Positions 23,795 through 35,464 of a stretch of DNA of 64,000 nucleotides are shown piece by piece. Source of the DNA: Tubiluchus corallicola. Lineage: Eukaryota > Animalia > Priapulida. The stretch covers positions 1 to 64,000 of the forward strand of contig JAQGDQ010000466.1 in the NCBI GenBank assembly GCA_030141605.1. The letters are read 5' to 3'. The translations under genes and the position numbers were made by a program. The notes beneath the pieces are model-generated. The model saw only the letters and a program-made list of their open reading frames with translations, ran no database searches and was not told the DNA's origin. Each line of letters opens with the position of its first letter. The first letter of the stretch is position 1.

Positions 23795-26535
23795 TGGGGA
23801 TTTGGAAAAGACGCCTAAAGTTTACAGAATGACTGTACATGTATTTGGGGGTGTATGGTGTCCGAGCATAACCACCTTCTCACTTCAAAGAACCGCCAAG
23901 GAGAACCGCAGTTTGTATGAAGAATCGGTCATCCAGACAATTCTTAGGAACTTCTATGTAGACGATTGTTTGTCCTCCTTTAAGACGAATGAGGAAGCTA
24001 TCCATACTGTTCAACAGTTATTAGAGCTTCTGCATCTCGGCGGATTTCACTTGACCAAGTGGAGCAGCAATAGTAAACAGGTTATCCAGTCCATACCCCC
24101 AGATGAAAGAGGAAAGCAGATCAAGGATCTAGATTTAGAAGCCAGCTCTTTACCCACTGAAAAGGTGCTCGGAATCTGCTGGAACATGGAAACTGACATG
24201 CTCACCATCCAGATTAAAGACAAGATCAAGCCAGCAACCCGTCGAGGACTTCTGAGCTTACTGTCTTCAGTATATGATCCGCTTGGTATGTATATTGAAT
24301 GCAAATATCCTTCAAGCTAAGCTACTATTCCAAGAAGAATGCCGGCAAGGCAAAGGCTGGGATGATGAACTTCAGCCTCAAGTAAGGAGACAGTGGACAA
24401 ACTGGCTATCTGTGTTGCAGAATTTGCAAGCAGTTCAACTTGACCGCTGTTATACACCTTCACAGTTTGGAGATGTAGAGGTATACCAACTGCATCATTT
24501 TTCAGATGCCTCTGAAAAGGCATATGGAACTGTGACTTACCTTCGAATGACAAATTCATCTGGAGATGTATTATGCAGTTTCGTCATAAGCAAATCCCGC
24601 CTTGCGCCTTTAAGAGGTGGAATATCAATGCCTCGTCTGGAGCTTTCAGCTGCTGTGCTGTCAGCCAAGATAGATCACATGCTCAGGAAGGAATTCACCA
24701 TAAAACTAGCTGAATCAGTTTTCTGGACCGATAGCACCTCACTTTGGGATACATAAACAATATATCCGCCCGATATAAAACATTTGTGTCAAATAGATTA
24801 GCAATCATCCATGACTTGTCTTCACCACATCAGTGGCGTCATGTACCTGGAAATGAAAGCCCTGCCAATGATGCGTCTAGGGGTCTGCCTGCAGATAAAC
24901 TTGTAGCTGATACACTTTGGCTGCACGGACCTTCCTTTTTTATGAACCAGAAGCCAGCTGGCCATGTTTCAAAGTAGAAAGGGCAATAGAAATTTCTGAT
25001 CCAGAACTAAAGAAAAATCAGTCACAGGCTTATGCAGCTGTTTGTCAACATGATGATGTCATTGACAAGTTGTACCAACATTACAGTTCTTTCTACAGGC
25101 TAAAGAAAGCAGTGGCATGGTTGTTACGCTTCAGAGATCCTAAGAAGTAGGCCTGGAAATCAACCAATCCAGCAAGCAAGATCCAAGTTGACAGTAGAAG
25201 AACTGAAAACCGCTGAGAATGCCATTATCAAGCACATCCAAAGATGTTACTTCTCTGAGGAATATGGAAGCTTGTCTATGGGACAACCGCTTCACAAAAG
25301 AAGTAAAATAGCTGCTTTAGATCCATACATCTTTACTGATGATACAATAAGAGTCGGTGGTCGACTCACTAGAGCATTTATCTGTGAGACTGCAAAGCAT
25401 CCAGTGATTATTCCCAAGGATCACCAAGTTGCCACTTTGATTATTAGAAACTGTCATGAACAAAACGGCCATGCCGGGCCAGAACACGTGGTGACACTTA
25501 TAAGGACTTCCTATTGGATTATTGGAATTAGGCCTCTAACTAAAAGAGTTCTTCGAGCCTGTCGCATTTGTCGTCGATTATTCGGGAAGTCGATGCAGCA
25601 AAAATGTCTGATCTCCCAGTAGATCGCATCACGGGAGGTCGTGCCTTCAGCTCAGTTGGCATAGACTGTTTTGGTCCCTTTGAAGTGGTCAGAGGAAGAA
25701 CAAGAGTAAAACGTTATGGTTGCATTTTTACCTGTGCCGCCATAAGAGCTGTGCATCTTGAAGTACTTGCCTCTATGGAGTCTGATTCATTTATCCAAGC
25801 CTTGCACAGGTCCATTGCTAGGAGCGGTAAACCTGACATACTAAGATCTGACAGGGGAACTAACTTTACTAGTGCCGAAAAGGAACTACGGCAATCATTA
25901 CAAGAGCTCGACCAAGAAAAGATCCCTGCAGCTTAAGACAGATGAACATCCAATGGATCTTTAATCCACCCACAGCTTCACACTTTGGAGGGTTTTGGGA
26001 ACGACTTATAAGATCCGTCAGGCGAATATTTGCGGGTGTGCTAAATCAACAGACAGTTGACGATGAGAGGTTAGCCACTCTCTTTTGTCTTGTAGAATCC
26101 ATACTAAACAGCAGACCGCTTACAGTCACGTCAAGTGATTTCAGAGATGCCGAACCACTAACTCCGAACCATATGTTATTATTGCACTCCAACTCTTTGC
26201 CAGCTCCTGGTATCTTCTCAATAGCTGACAGATACAAAAGAAAATGGCGCCAGACACAGTATCTTGCCGAAATTTTCTGGTCAAGATGGTATAAGGAATA
26301 CCTTCCAACATTGCAATCCAGAACAAGATGGCTTAGAAAGCATAACAACTTGAAAGTTGGAGATGTAGTTCTCATTTGTGATAAAGTTCCAAGGAATCAG
26401 TGGGTTCTTGGATGTGTTGATGATGTTCATGCCAGTGATGATGGGATTATTCGATCTGTTACAGTAAAAACCAGTAACAATGCTTCTTTAGTACGCCCCA
26501 TTGCTAAATTATGTTTAATTGAGAGCCTCGGATAG
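23780..26535 (+). pseudogene. BEL/Pao pol (RT, RNase H, integrase) broken by seven frameshifts
   Basis: FLWW, NFYVDD, HHFSDAS, PRLEL, FWTDS, H..H..C..C zinc finger, GIDCFGPF, SDRGTNF, FWERLIR and W..EYL motifs spread over ORFs at 23802, 24274, 24744, 24917, 25188, 25568 and 25942, each in a different frame from the previous one. Confidence 0.93.
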
Positions 26536-26615
26536 AGGCTAGTTGTAATATTTTGTTATACTGTTTTGTTATAGGCATTATAAATAACTATTGTAAATGG
26601 AGTAAAACCCCATAT

Positions 26616-26625
26616 AAGGGGGGAG
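26616..26625 (+). promoter_or_regulatory. Polypurine tract (PPT)
   Basis: AAGGGGGGAG immediately 5' of the 3' LTR. Confidence 0.9.
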
Positions 26626-27019
26626 TGTTAAGGCCAGGGTGAACCTGACTTAATAAATTTTAATTTTGTAGCAAAGGTGGCTCCATCTAGTTAGAAAAAG
26701 TGTGGGCACTGACCTAGTTATGTTTGTCATTATGCTGTTCGGTTGAATTAGTGAACATGTCTTGTACAAGCTAGTGAAATTTTTCATTTAGATGTATGCC
26801 GCAACGATGTAAGTTTACTTCTATTAATTTTTATTTTTATTTTGATTTATTCATTGATTCATTATTCATTAACAATCTAACTAAATTAGCCAATGTTAGT
26901 CACCTTTACCTTTCTATTTTTTGTTTTGAAATTTTGCAGAAATAAAGATCAGTGGTTTACATGAAATTCACCTGAGACTTTTGAAGATTTGTTATAAATT
27001 CCTCTCAGAGACACTAACA
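26626..27019 (+). repeat. 3' LTR (394 bp)
   Basis: Direct repeat of 18954-19347, followed by TSD CCAAG. Confidence 0.97.
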
Positions 27020-29882
27020 CCAAGTATGTCTACTTTTTACACATGGATGGAATTACTATGGAAAGTAAAAAAGTGTGTTGATATAGCAGTTTTTTCTAAC
27101 AGTGCCCCCTTTATATAATGTCATTCATGATATTATCTCAGCTCGTGCGTTTTCATGAAATTTAGAATATAGATTTGTCACTTATAATCCAGCATATAGA
27201 TAGAAAAAATATTGAAAAACTACAAAAAAGGCGAATTTTGCTGATTTTTGTGAAATTTTAAAATGCCAGTACTAAATACTGAAACAGGCTCCAGCGAATT
27301 TTCTTTTTTATATTATTAGTGTGGATGATGGTTAACACATACATGAAAACCAGAAGTTCTGTAGCCCCGCAGTGGGCGAGTTATGAGCCTTACAACTTAA
27401 CCTCTCCCTGGACTCTTAACAAAGGGCCGAATTTAAAAAATCCCGTTCTCTGATACTATTAATAGTATGTCAGAAAAAGTTTGGATATCAAAAGACAATG
27501 TCTGGGTCTATGTACCAGCCAACTTACATCGACCCATCTATAAGAGTTTATACAGGAGAAAAAGTTAAAATAACCCCCCCAAAATAGCGATTTTTTGCCT
27601 CTTTTGAGGTCAATTTCTCTGCCAATAGTAGCTCGATCGATTTGATATCTTGATTACATGGTTTTGGGGGGTCGCTCTTCATGTTAGAAAAAAATGATAT
27701 AAATTCGTCACCCCTCATGTGCCACCTCCTGCATGGTGCTCTCGCGGACTCGTTCTTAATAGGTGAGAAATTAGACAAGAATATAAAAATTGTGTCGCTG
27801 TATATTGCTTTTTACGCTTTAACCTCTTTGCTTTATCTTGGTGTCATACCTGTCATTGCTTTTCTACTATACCCCTATAGTCATCCCGTAACGCATTCAT
27901 GTTATGTTGTTGGCTTTGACTTGTGCTGCTGAATCATTTCAAAATAACGTTTGTTGTTTGTTCAACATCTTCATCTTGCCTCGGAATAAAAAGTTTAGTA
28001 ATTATTAAAAATATTAAGTTAAAGGTACATATGTTTTGGTAGTCGTATTTTCGCCGAATCTTTGGATTCCTGACAGCTAATAAATACTTCATTAAATTTT
28101 AATTTAATTTTTAATTTTAATTAAGTTTCCGTTGCTATAGCTTTAGGTTAAATGCCAGTTGGGAATAAATAAATCGTTTTTCTTGTACGCAAAATACTGG
28201 TGTATGAATTCAAAATTATACGTTTTTTAAACAGTTAAGTTCCGCCATTATATACAGTCGGGCCCCCCTAATTTTTTTTTTTGGTGCACGACGCCCCTGC
28301 ATGGGTCCCACATGCACCAAAAACAAAGATCTCTGCAGATAATTTGGTTCTCAATAATGCAACCCATACAACGGCTGTAGTTGTTGATAACAACGCAGAA
28401 CTTCTTATGTTTCTTATTGCTTATGTTTTAATGCAGACTTGCATCATTGTCAGAGTCTCTCATTACATCAAACAGAGCAAAAGTAAAGAAAACCACTTTA
28501 TCACCAATAGACATTGCTGTCCTGACTGTTAGCTAGAAAGGGACTTACTGGAAGCGTTTATGATTATTAGAAAAACAGCATTTTAAGATTGTGCAAGGTC
28601 AAGATAATTCCAAATGGCTGCCGACGCAGCGTTAAAGTCAAAATAACTCAATCAGCAAACATTGTTGACTGCAATAATGTATTAACTGTACAGCTGATAT
28701 AAAAGTGCATGTGCTTGCTTACACATGGTTATGGTTGTCTCTCAAGATCTCGTGATTCCTTCCGCCACTCCTGAGATGACTGTGGAGACCAGCATTGCTT
28801 GAGACAGACTGCACAGAAAACGTTGTTGCGGGTGTTACCTTTGCTCGTCACAAATTGTTGCATGTCTTGATTGCGTTTGCTGGCTAAATTTTTCAGGTGA
28901 GAAGATTCTTCGCAACACAACTTGAATCTCACTGTATGTGATCTATATTTAGGAAAACCCTCCACATTTGTTCTAGCCATTTTGAAATTCTTTTTAAAAC
29001 GCGATTTTTAGCAAAATGAGCTTATTAGACTGCGATAATGTTAAATGCGAATAACATACTGGCATATAATCGAATTAAATCTTGGTCAAAGGTCATGAAG
29101 TAGGCGGGGCTTCTTTTATTTTTCTTTAGGATCCATCTGCTCCTATAATTTTTGAGCTAGGACCACAACATTTTGCCACGATCGATTGACGTCTGACCTA
29201 TGGGTCATGGGTTAAATTGTTCCCAGTTTCGATTTTGTTGTGTAGCACAGTTCACATGTAATCAAGCAACAACACGTATTCAATAAAGTATAAATTTCGA
29301 AAAAGGCTAGCATCTTTGCAAGGAAAATGTTTCGTAGCTTTTTTTGCAACATCTTCACTTTCTGACCACAACAGAAACACTGCCACCTTATTGTTTACTG
29401 TTGTTTTAAATGTCTAATTTTATAAAGTATGCTTTGTATTAAATAAAATATTCATTATAAAAAAGAACACTGTTCGAGGGTAGGATTTTTCCTTTAAAAA
29501 TATCTGCTTCTATTGGAGTAAGTGACTCTTGTCAGGATCGACTTTGAGGGAAGACGTTGGCATAAGACTTCGATTGAATCCTGTCTCTCCAGTAAATGGT
29601 AGTACCTAAGAAAAGTGCAAACAAAGTTAGAGTGGGTTTTGAATAAAATAGCTGCTGGACAATGGGATGGGACAGGGAGTAAGAGGAAGGACAGTTGTCA
29701 CGGGATGGACATTTAATGCTCTGAGTAGTATTTTTGTTTCTTGTGTAACCCATACAACATGTTTTGTCCACATATATTGCAATTTGTTAAATTAATGTTT
29801 ATGTTAATGGATTATATTATGCTATTGGAATGATGTCTTTTAGAGACAATAAATTACAAATTTTTTGGAAAATTTATTTCAG

Positions 29883-30199
29883 GAAACAACAATGACCCAA
29901 TGTACGATGAAAGATTCAGAGGTCGAGGGTTTGACAAAATCCAGCAAGCATTTGAAATGTGTCTACAAGATTACAGCTTCCATGTCTTGGACAACACTTT
30001 TCTTGTTCATAAGGGAATAAGGCCAACTGAAAAGACATGCCGATATGAAGTCTGCCAGCTCGAAAAGAAAAACTTGAGGCTTTATAACCAGTTTAAGATG
30101 GAAATTGCGTCACGCTACACGAAAGATCCATATTTGGTGAAAAGATGCAAAATAAAGCACTTTGCAAGAGGTTGTTTTCCACAAAGCAGAAACAAGTAA
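29883..30199 (+). CDS. B4GAT1: B4GAT1-like gene, final coding exon (joined CDS 1362 nt, 453 aa)
   Basis: Acceptor TTTATTTCAG; phase matches exon 2, giving WEPVYIGNNNDPMYDERFRGRGFDKIQQAFEMC..F.VLDNTFLVHKG. Confidence 0.9.
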
Positions 30200-32006
30200 A
30201 GTGAAACCAGTTTTGTGCTTGTTGTACCACTGAATCCGAGACAACATTGTAATGTTGCAGAATCTAGTCATTTGTAATTTGTAACATTTCCATAATAGGA
30301 TTTTAATGGTGACGTATAGTAGCAGGATCACAAGCACGGTTGATTTTATATAGTAGTAATTTACAAATAAATTGAGGTCTTACAGCTGACCAGATGTTTT
30401 TACATGCTTTGAAGTCTAAACAAAAACAAGCCGTAATGGTTTGAGTACATTTTGGGCGAGTATACATTCTCGTTGTCTGCCATGGTTTACGCAAAGTAAA
30501 AAATGAAAACGGGTGAAAGGGGATTATCGTTCTTGTTCCTGTTTGTTTCTGTTTTTAGAATTCTTCCCCTAAAGACAAAGGAAATTTCACTTTGACAGGA
30601 ACAACCCATCGAAGATGTACAAATGCTTACTTTAAAATTTTCAAATTTTGTTATTCGTACTTTTCATTTTTTGTAGGTGATGACAAATTATGTTGCGATA
30701 TTCAGTAACAAAACGAAAATGAACTGTAGGGAAATTGGCGTTCGAATTTGAAGAACAAGCGTCTATGAATTTGCATAGCAGACTTTACAGGCTAATGTGT
30801 AATGTAAATTAACTTTAAAAAAACAAAAATGTAAAGTTAAACCTTTCACTTATATTTTCTTACTTATATGAATTTTAATTTTAGGACTAACCACTATTAT
30901 TATTGTATCATTTAGAAGTATGTTATTACACGTATCATTAATTTATTTATTTGTAGACCTATTAGATTTTAGGTGAGCTGTTGGCACAGTTGTAAAAGTT
31001 ATTGTATTACTCCATAATAACGTTTCTTTGATTATAATTTGTTTGATTAGAAATTTATTCGCTTGTTTAGATTGTTGTTACCATTAGCAAAATTGTAGTT
31101 GTTTCCATACTTCAAAATTTATTTTTTGTAAATTCAATCAACAGCATTTAATTACAAGTGGATTGTTAATAAATTTTTATTAATCTATAACCTGACAAGT
31201 AAATTTTCACCGTCGGCTTAGCCATATTTAAACACTATGACAAAACTGAAAATATTTCATTTCTTCATATAATCAAAACTTAACTTTACCTTCTGTACTC
31301 TGGTCTGGCATTTCTGCTCTGTCTGTAACACCAGGAAGATAGAAAATATTTAAAAAAGGAGCTACGCTTTGTGTTTTATGATTCTCGAAGTCAGTACGCG
31401 GTGCTTCTAAATTGCGCTAATCTATCCACATTACAGGTGCCAAGGTGCAAATCTATAGCTAAAATAACATATAAAATGTTTAGTAAACATGGACGACCTT
31501 ACAAATAATCCTTGTAACCGTGTCCAAAGGTCAAGAAATAATCTTTTAGTTATTTTTTTCACGTTTAGTCAATCTTTCACGTTTCTGAATCGCAGCTTTT
31601 GGATAATAAACTTTACAAGTTTATGTAAATACAGTTGGACCTACTGTTCAACAGTAGGACTGTGTGAGGACAGTGGTTAACATTTTGTTTCTGTCTAATC
31701 TGATTGAACACTTATAAGTAAATTTGAACTCTGTAGAGCAACGCTTTATGATAAATTTTTACACGAAATCAGTATTGCCTAATTTGAGTGTTCATTTTTT
31801 ACAGCTATATTGTAATGTGTATTTAAAAAGTATTAAATGTAGTGATATAGGTATTTAATTTAATTACATTAAAAGAGATCATTATGGCTAGTGTTTTTAT
31901 GTAAATAATAAACTGAAAATAAATGTTTGCTTACGTTTTTGGCTGTTTAATAGTAGCTATCCTGTTAATATGCTGCAGAAAAAAACTAATTATTTATAAT
32001 TTCAGG

Positions 32007-32010
32007 ATTA

Positions 32011-32095
<85 letters not shown>

Positions 32096-32123
32096 TATTA
32101 TTATTATTACTATTATTATTATT
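32007..32123. repeat. Compound (ATT)n(ATC)n(ATT)n microsatellite
   Basis: Directly visible trinucleotide run. Confidence 0.95.
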
Positions 32124-32130
32124 AATGATA

Positions 32131-32320
32131 GAATAAATACAATTGTTGAATTTGAAACTAAATTTGGCCCAACACCGGAAATGTGAAAAGTTTTATGGAT
32201 TTGAACCTGAGACATAGCGATGCCTTCAAGATGTCCCTGATTCAAATCTGATCCAGCTTTTTCCTATTTCCTGTTTTGGGGAAAATTTGGTTTCAAAATT
32301 CAACAATGGTGGATTTGTTC
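32131..32320. repeat. Diverged palindrome with arms of about 85 bp (MITE-like hairpin)
   Basis: ATTGTTGAATTTGAAACTAAATTT..GGAAAT..GATTTGAA..GACAT is mirrored by ATGTC..TTCAAATC..ATTTCC..AAATTTGGTTTCAAAATTCAACAAT. Confidence 0.6.
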
Positions 32321-32694
32321 CATCATTGCAGAAAAACCTTCTGAACAGATTTCTTTTTGAAACAACTTGTGGGGTTTTCTGCAGAATGTCTTCTTTGAAT
32401 CTTTGATATGTATCCAGGATGAGGTTACTGAACGAACATTTCATTGAGTGGTGAATATGTGTGCTGCCTTTGAAAGATTTCCGCGCAGTTTGCAGAAGCG
32501 TGCATAAAATATCATGAACATTGCCATCTCTTCATGACTTCAAATGACCAGAAATTACTAAAATATTACTAAAACATAGTTTCATTACTGTTGAAGTTAC
32601 ACATCAAACAGTTTATGCTCTGAAATTCTACAATGTTGTCAAATTCTGACTACCATGTGGTTATGAAATAAGCAATTGTTTTATTGACGAAAAA

Positions 32695-33648
32695 CTATTC
32701 AAGTTTACGCAGAAATATTACATCACGGCCCACAGTTATTTCATCTCCTGGAGGGATAGTTGCCACTTCTTCGTAAAGTTTTGTCTTAGCCATGAATTCG
32801 CGAATGCTGGCCAATCTTAACTTGGTTATTTCTGTGTCTAAACTTTTCCCATTTGTTGAAGCATATTCTATTGTCATGATGTCTATCGTGAGTTTATCAA
32901 AAGGGATAGTTTGAAGTACTAAAACTTCATCACCTTCGATATCCAATGAGAAATAGTCAATGTGGTTGTGCCCAGTAGCTAGCATTATAGAGTAAAAAGG
33001 AAAACATTGAACAGTTTGAATTTGTGCAAAGCCCCTAAACCAACTTCTGATCCTTCTGTCACGATTAGGGTCCCTTGCATTTGTTAAGCCTCCGAGCTTG
33101 CCAGCTGCAGTAAAACTTAGTTTATCTGCTCTTTTGTTTGGACTTAAACACGAATTTATTAAATATGCATTCCGCCGTTCTGCCAGCAATGTCTTAAAAA
33201 ACAAAGGATTTGGTTCCACCAAAATACCCGTCCAACCTCGATTTCTTTCAAACAAAAGAGAATTGGAATTGGTTCCATCAGCTGCACCTGATTCAACAAA
33301 GAATCCACCTTTTCTTTGTCTCAGCAAATTATCAATAAATGTTGCTGTTTCGTATTCTGACGTATCGCTCACCATTCCTTTTCCTGGGTTATTAGGTGGT
33401 CCAATCAACCATTGTTTTTTTATATGAGTGACAAGCAATTTGTTATCATACTCAGTGCCTCCATGCTGCAGCAACAATATTTCGTCTGAGTTATACAGCC
33501 TTTCAAAACAAACATCTTCTGTTTCTAGTGTCTCGATTTTCCAGTTCACAACGCAAATTGAAGCAATAGTTGCACTTAGTACAAATATTAATTTAGCGTA
33601 GTTAAAAATATAGCTAGTTAATAGCCTTTTTGTTGCTGCTTGAGTCAT
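32695..33648 (-). CDS. FkbM/Methyltransf_21 (Star-like) type II membrane methyltransferase, intact single coding exon, 317 aa from the first ATG
   Basis: TM segment LIFVLSATIASICVV; FFVESGAADG, SNSLLFERNRGWTGILVEPNP and HIDYFSLDIEGDE motifs. Confidence 0.9.
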   Translation of the reverse strand: MTQAATKRLLTSYIFNYAKLIFVLSATIASICVVNWKIETLETEDVCFERLYNSDEILLLQHGGTEYDNKLLVTHIKKQWLIGPPNNPGKGMVSDTSEYETATFIDNLLRQRKGGFFVESGAADGTNSNSLLFERNRGWTGILVEPNPLFFKTLLAERRNAYLINSCLSPNKRADKLSFTAAGKLGGLTNARDPNRDRRIRSWFRGFAQIQTVQCFPFYSIMLATGHNHIDYFSLDIEGDEVLVLQTIPFDKLTIDIMTIEYASTNGKSLDTEITKLRLASIREFMAKTKLYEEVATIPPGDEITVGRDVIFLRKLE

Positions 33649-35464
33649 AATAACAGTTTCTGCCCAATAAGATTTACAGATTTTAGGTAGAAACGTACTA
33701 CTTAGGCTAGTTATAACTTTGTTCACAGGTCAACGTAATGACGAGTTAATTCATAAAACGAAAGAGCTAAAATATCTTTACCATGTCATCTAAGATTTAT
33801 TTTTATGTCACAGTTACAAAGACATGTCTCAGCGAGGTAATATGTAAGGAGATTATCAAATACTGTAAAGAGTCTCCACTAGCCGCTTGATCATTTAGAG
33901 GCACTCAACGGCTTTCCTCGTCTCTTGTGTAATAATGTTACAAACTGCGTCAGGGAATTGTACTATTGGGACGAATAAAGTAAATCGAAACAGCTAAACG
34001 TAAAAACACGCACATACATACCTACGAACTGGAACAACGCAATGTTGCGTAAACCTAGAAAAATAAAACAATATTTTTTCTCTATAATCGCGAAGAATTT
34101 AATGTTAGTAAGTTGTACCAGTATTTAAGGTCAAGCTGTTCTGCCAGGTGCTTAAAGAATTTCAGGATATTAAATTTATCGTAATATACAACATTGTATA
34201 GCCACAATATGACGAAAGTAATAAATCAGTCAATAAATAAATAATAACGCGTGCCCGGCATTGACCAGCAATATTAAACCTTAGGCTAAAACTGCTGCCA
34301 CACTCGCATACTTACACATAATCTGTTATCGTAACTGATCACGTAATCCTGTTATTACTCTACGGGTTCAATTTAACGCATTTGTTACCGGAAGTGCCTG
34401 TTCTTATATAACCCCACATTTAAATGCTACTAAGCAATTATGCAATTAATTTGTATTTTACAGCTGCCATTTTCGACAGTTATACTTTATGTCTAGAATT
34501 CTGTGTGTAACGAAAAGAATTGTTCATACGCGTAACTACAAGTGTTGCTAGGCTATTCAAAAACAGGATTACATGAGACGATTTTTTTATTTTTTTATCA
34601 TGAGACTCTTGAAATAGAAAAATAATAGAATAGAAATTGACTTTTCCTTGTGTACATATAAAACACGACACAAATGTGTTATTTTCAATATGGTCCAAGG
34701 GTTAGAATGCATACAAAAGTGAAATTACAAATAAATAAAAAAATACATTAATACTACTAAAAATGCCGCAGTATACTACCTTAAACTAAGATTACAAAAC
34801 TCAAATAATTCAACTCAAATAATTATAAAATCTTGTAATTATATAAGCTAAATCTTAAGTATTGTATAAGTCATTGACTAATGTCAAACACAACTAATCA
34901 TCAATTAAGAAAATATAAATGAAATAAAAGAATAAAACGTGCAAACTATGTTGTACATTACAACTAGGAATGATTTGCATGAATAACAAAAAACTGTAGG
35001 ACCAGATTTTCGCATAAAAGAATGGGTAACCAACTGCACTGCAGATGAAATCGTAATCTCCACAAGGACACCTGAAACTGTAAAAGTTGGCTTAACTTAG
35101 CTTGCTTACTCACAAAGGGTGCTGCATCAAGTGCCTTGAGCTGTGCCCTTTACAATTTTGGCATAGCCGCATCTGTTAACCCACGAGGAAAAAGGTTAGT
35201 GCAGAAAACGTGGTTGGCCAATTAATCGGATTAGGATGAACTGGGATGGTTTAAAGAGAGAATGGTGCGAGTGGTTCACGAACTTGCGAAAGCAAATGAA
35301 AGAGATGAATTAGTCGGGCTGCCTTACAAACATTGCCGAAAAAGAGTTAGAAGGGGTAATTTGTGATGCAAACAGAGATGCATTTTGTTGAATAAAAATC
35401 ATGCAAGCTTACACTTCTTGACATCTACTATTTTATGAATGAACTTTACGTTTTCTTATAATAT

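Larger units (their letters stand above)
18954..27019 (+). mobile_element. Full-length BEL/Pao LTR retrotransposon (8066 bp) carrying a glycogenin domain in Gag
   Basis: Paired TG...CA LTRs, 5-bp TSD CCAAG (18949-18953 / 27020-27024), PPT, domain order Gag-PR-RT-RH-IN, triple Cys-His knuckle typical of BEL/Pao. Confidence 0.97.
17110..27760 (+). mobile_element. Second DNA-transposon relic (possibly Sola3-like), interrupted by the BEL element; boundaries approximate
   Basis: Imperfect inverted subterminal matches (CTTATATCTCACCCACTGCGGGGGC near 17350 vs GCCCCGCAGTGGGCGAGTTATGAG near 27364; GAGGTAC.. near 17152 vs ..GCCACCTC near 27721); ORF at 17662 (CSFS..CG..LLTCTKD..HL..EWKLLLARTG) resembles a transposase N-terminus. 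Confidence 0.4.
16521..28299. mobile_element. hAT-type non-autonomous DNA transposon hosting the nested insertions
   Basis: 15-bp TIRs CAGTGGCGTCGTGCA / TGCACGACGCCCCTG (1 mismatch); 8-bp TSD CATGGGTC at 16513-16520 and 28300-28307. Confidence 0.88.

Noticed and set aside
26536-26615. env-like ORF in the BEL element
   Set aside because: Only about 80 bp separate the integrase stop from the PPT.
28560-29110. Possible further DNA-transposon fragment with a Cys-containing ORF (28729-28980, minus strand)
   Set aside because: No TIR, TSD or diagnostic transposase motif could be established.
31923-32245. Poly-Ile and poly-Met ORFs
   Set aside because: Translation artefacts of the (ATT)/(ATC) microsatellite.
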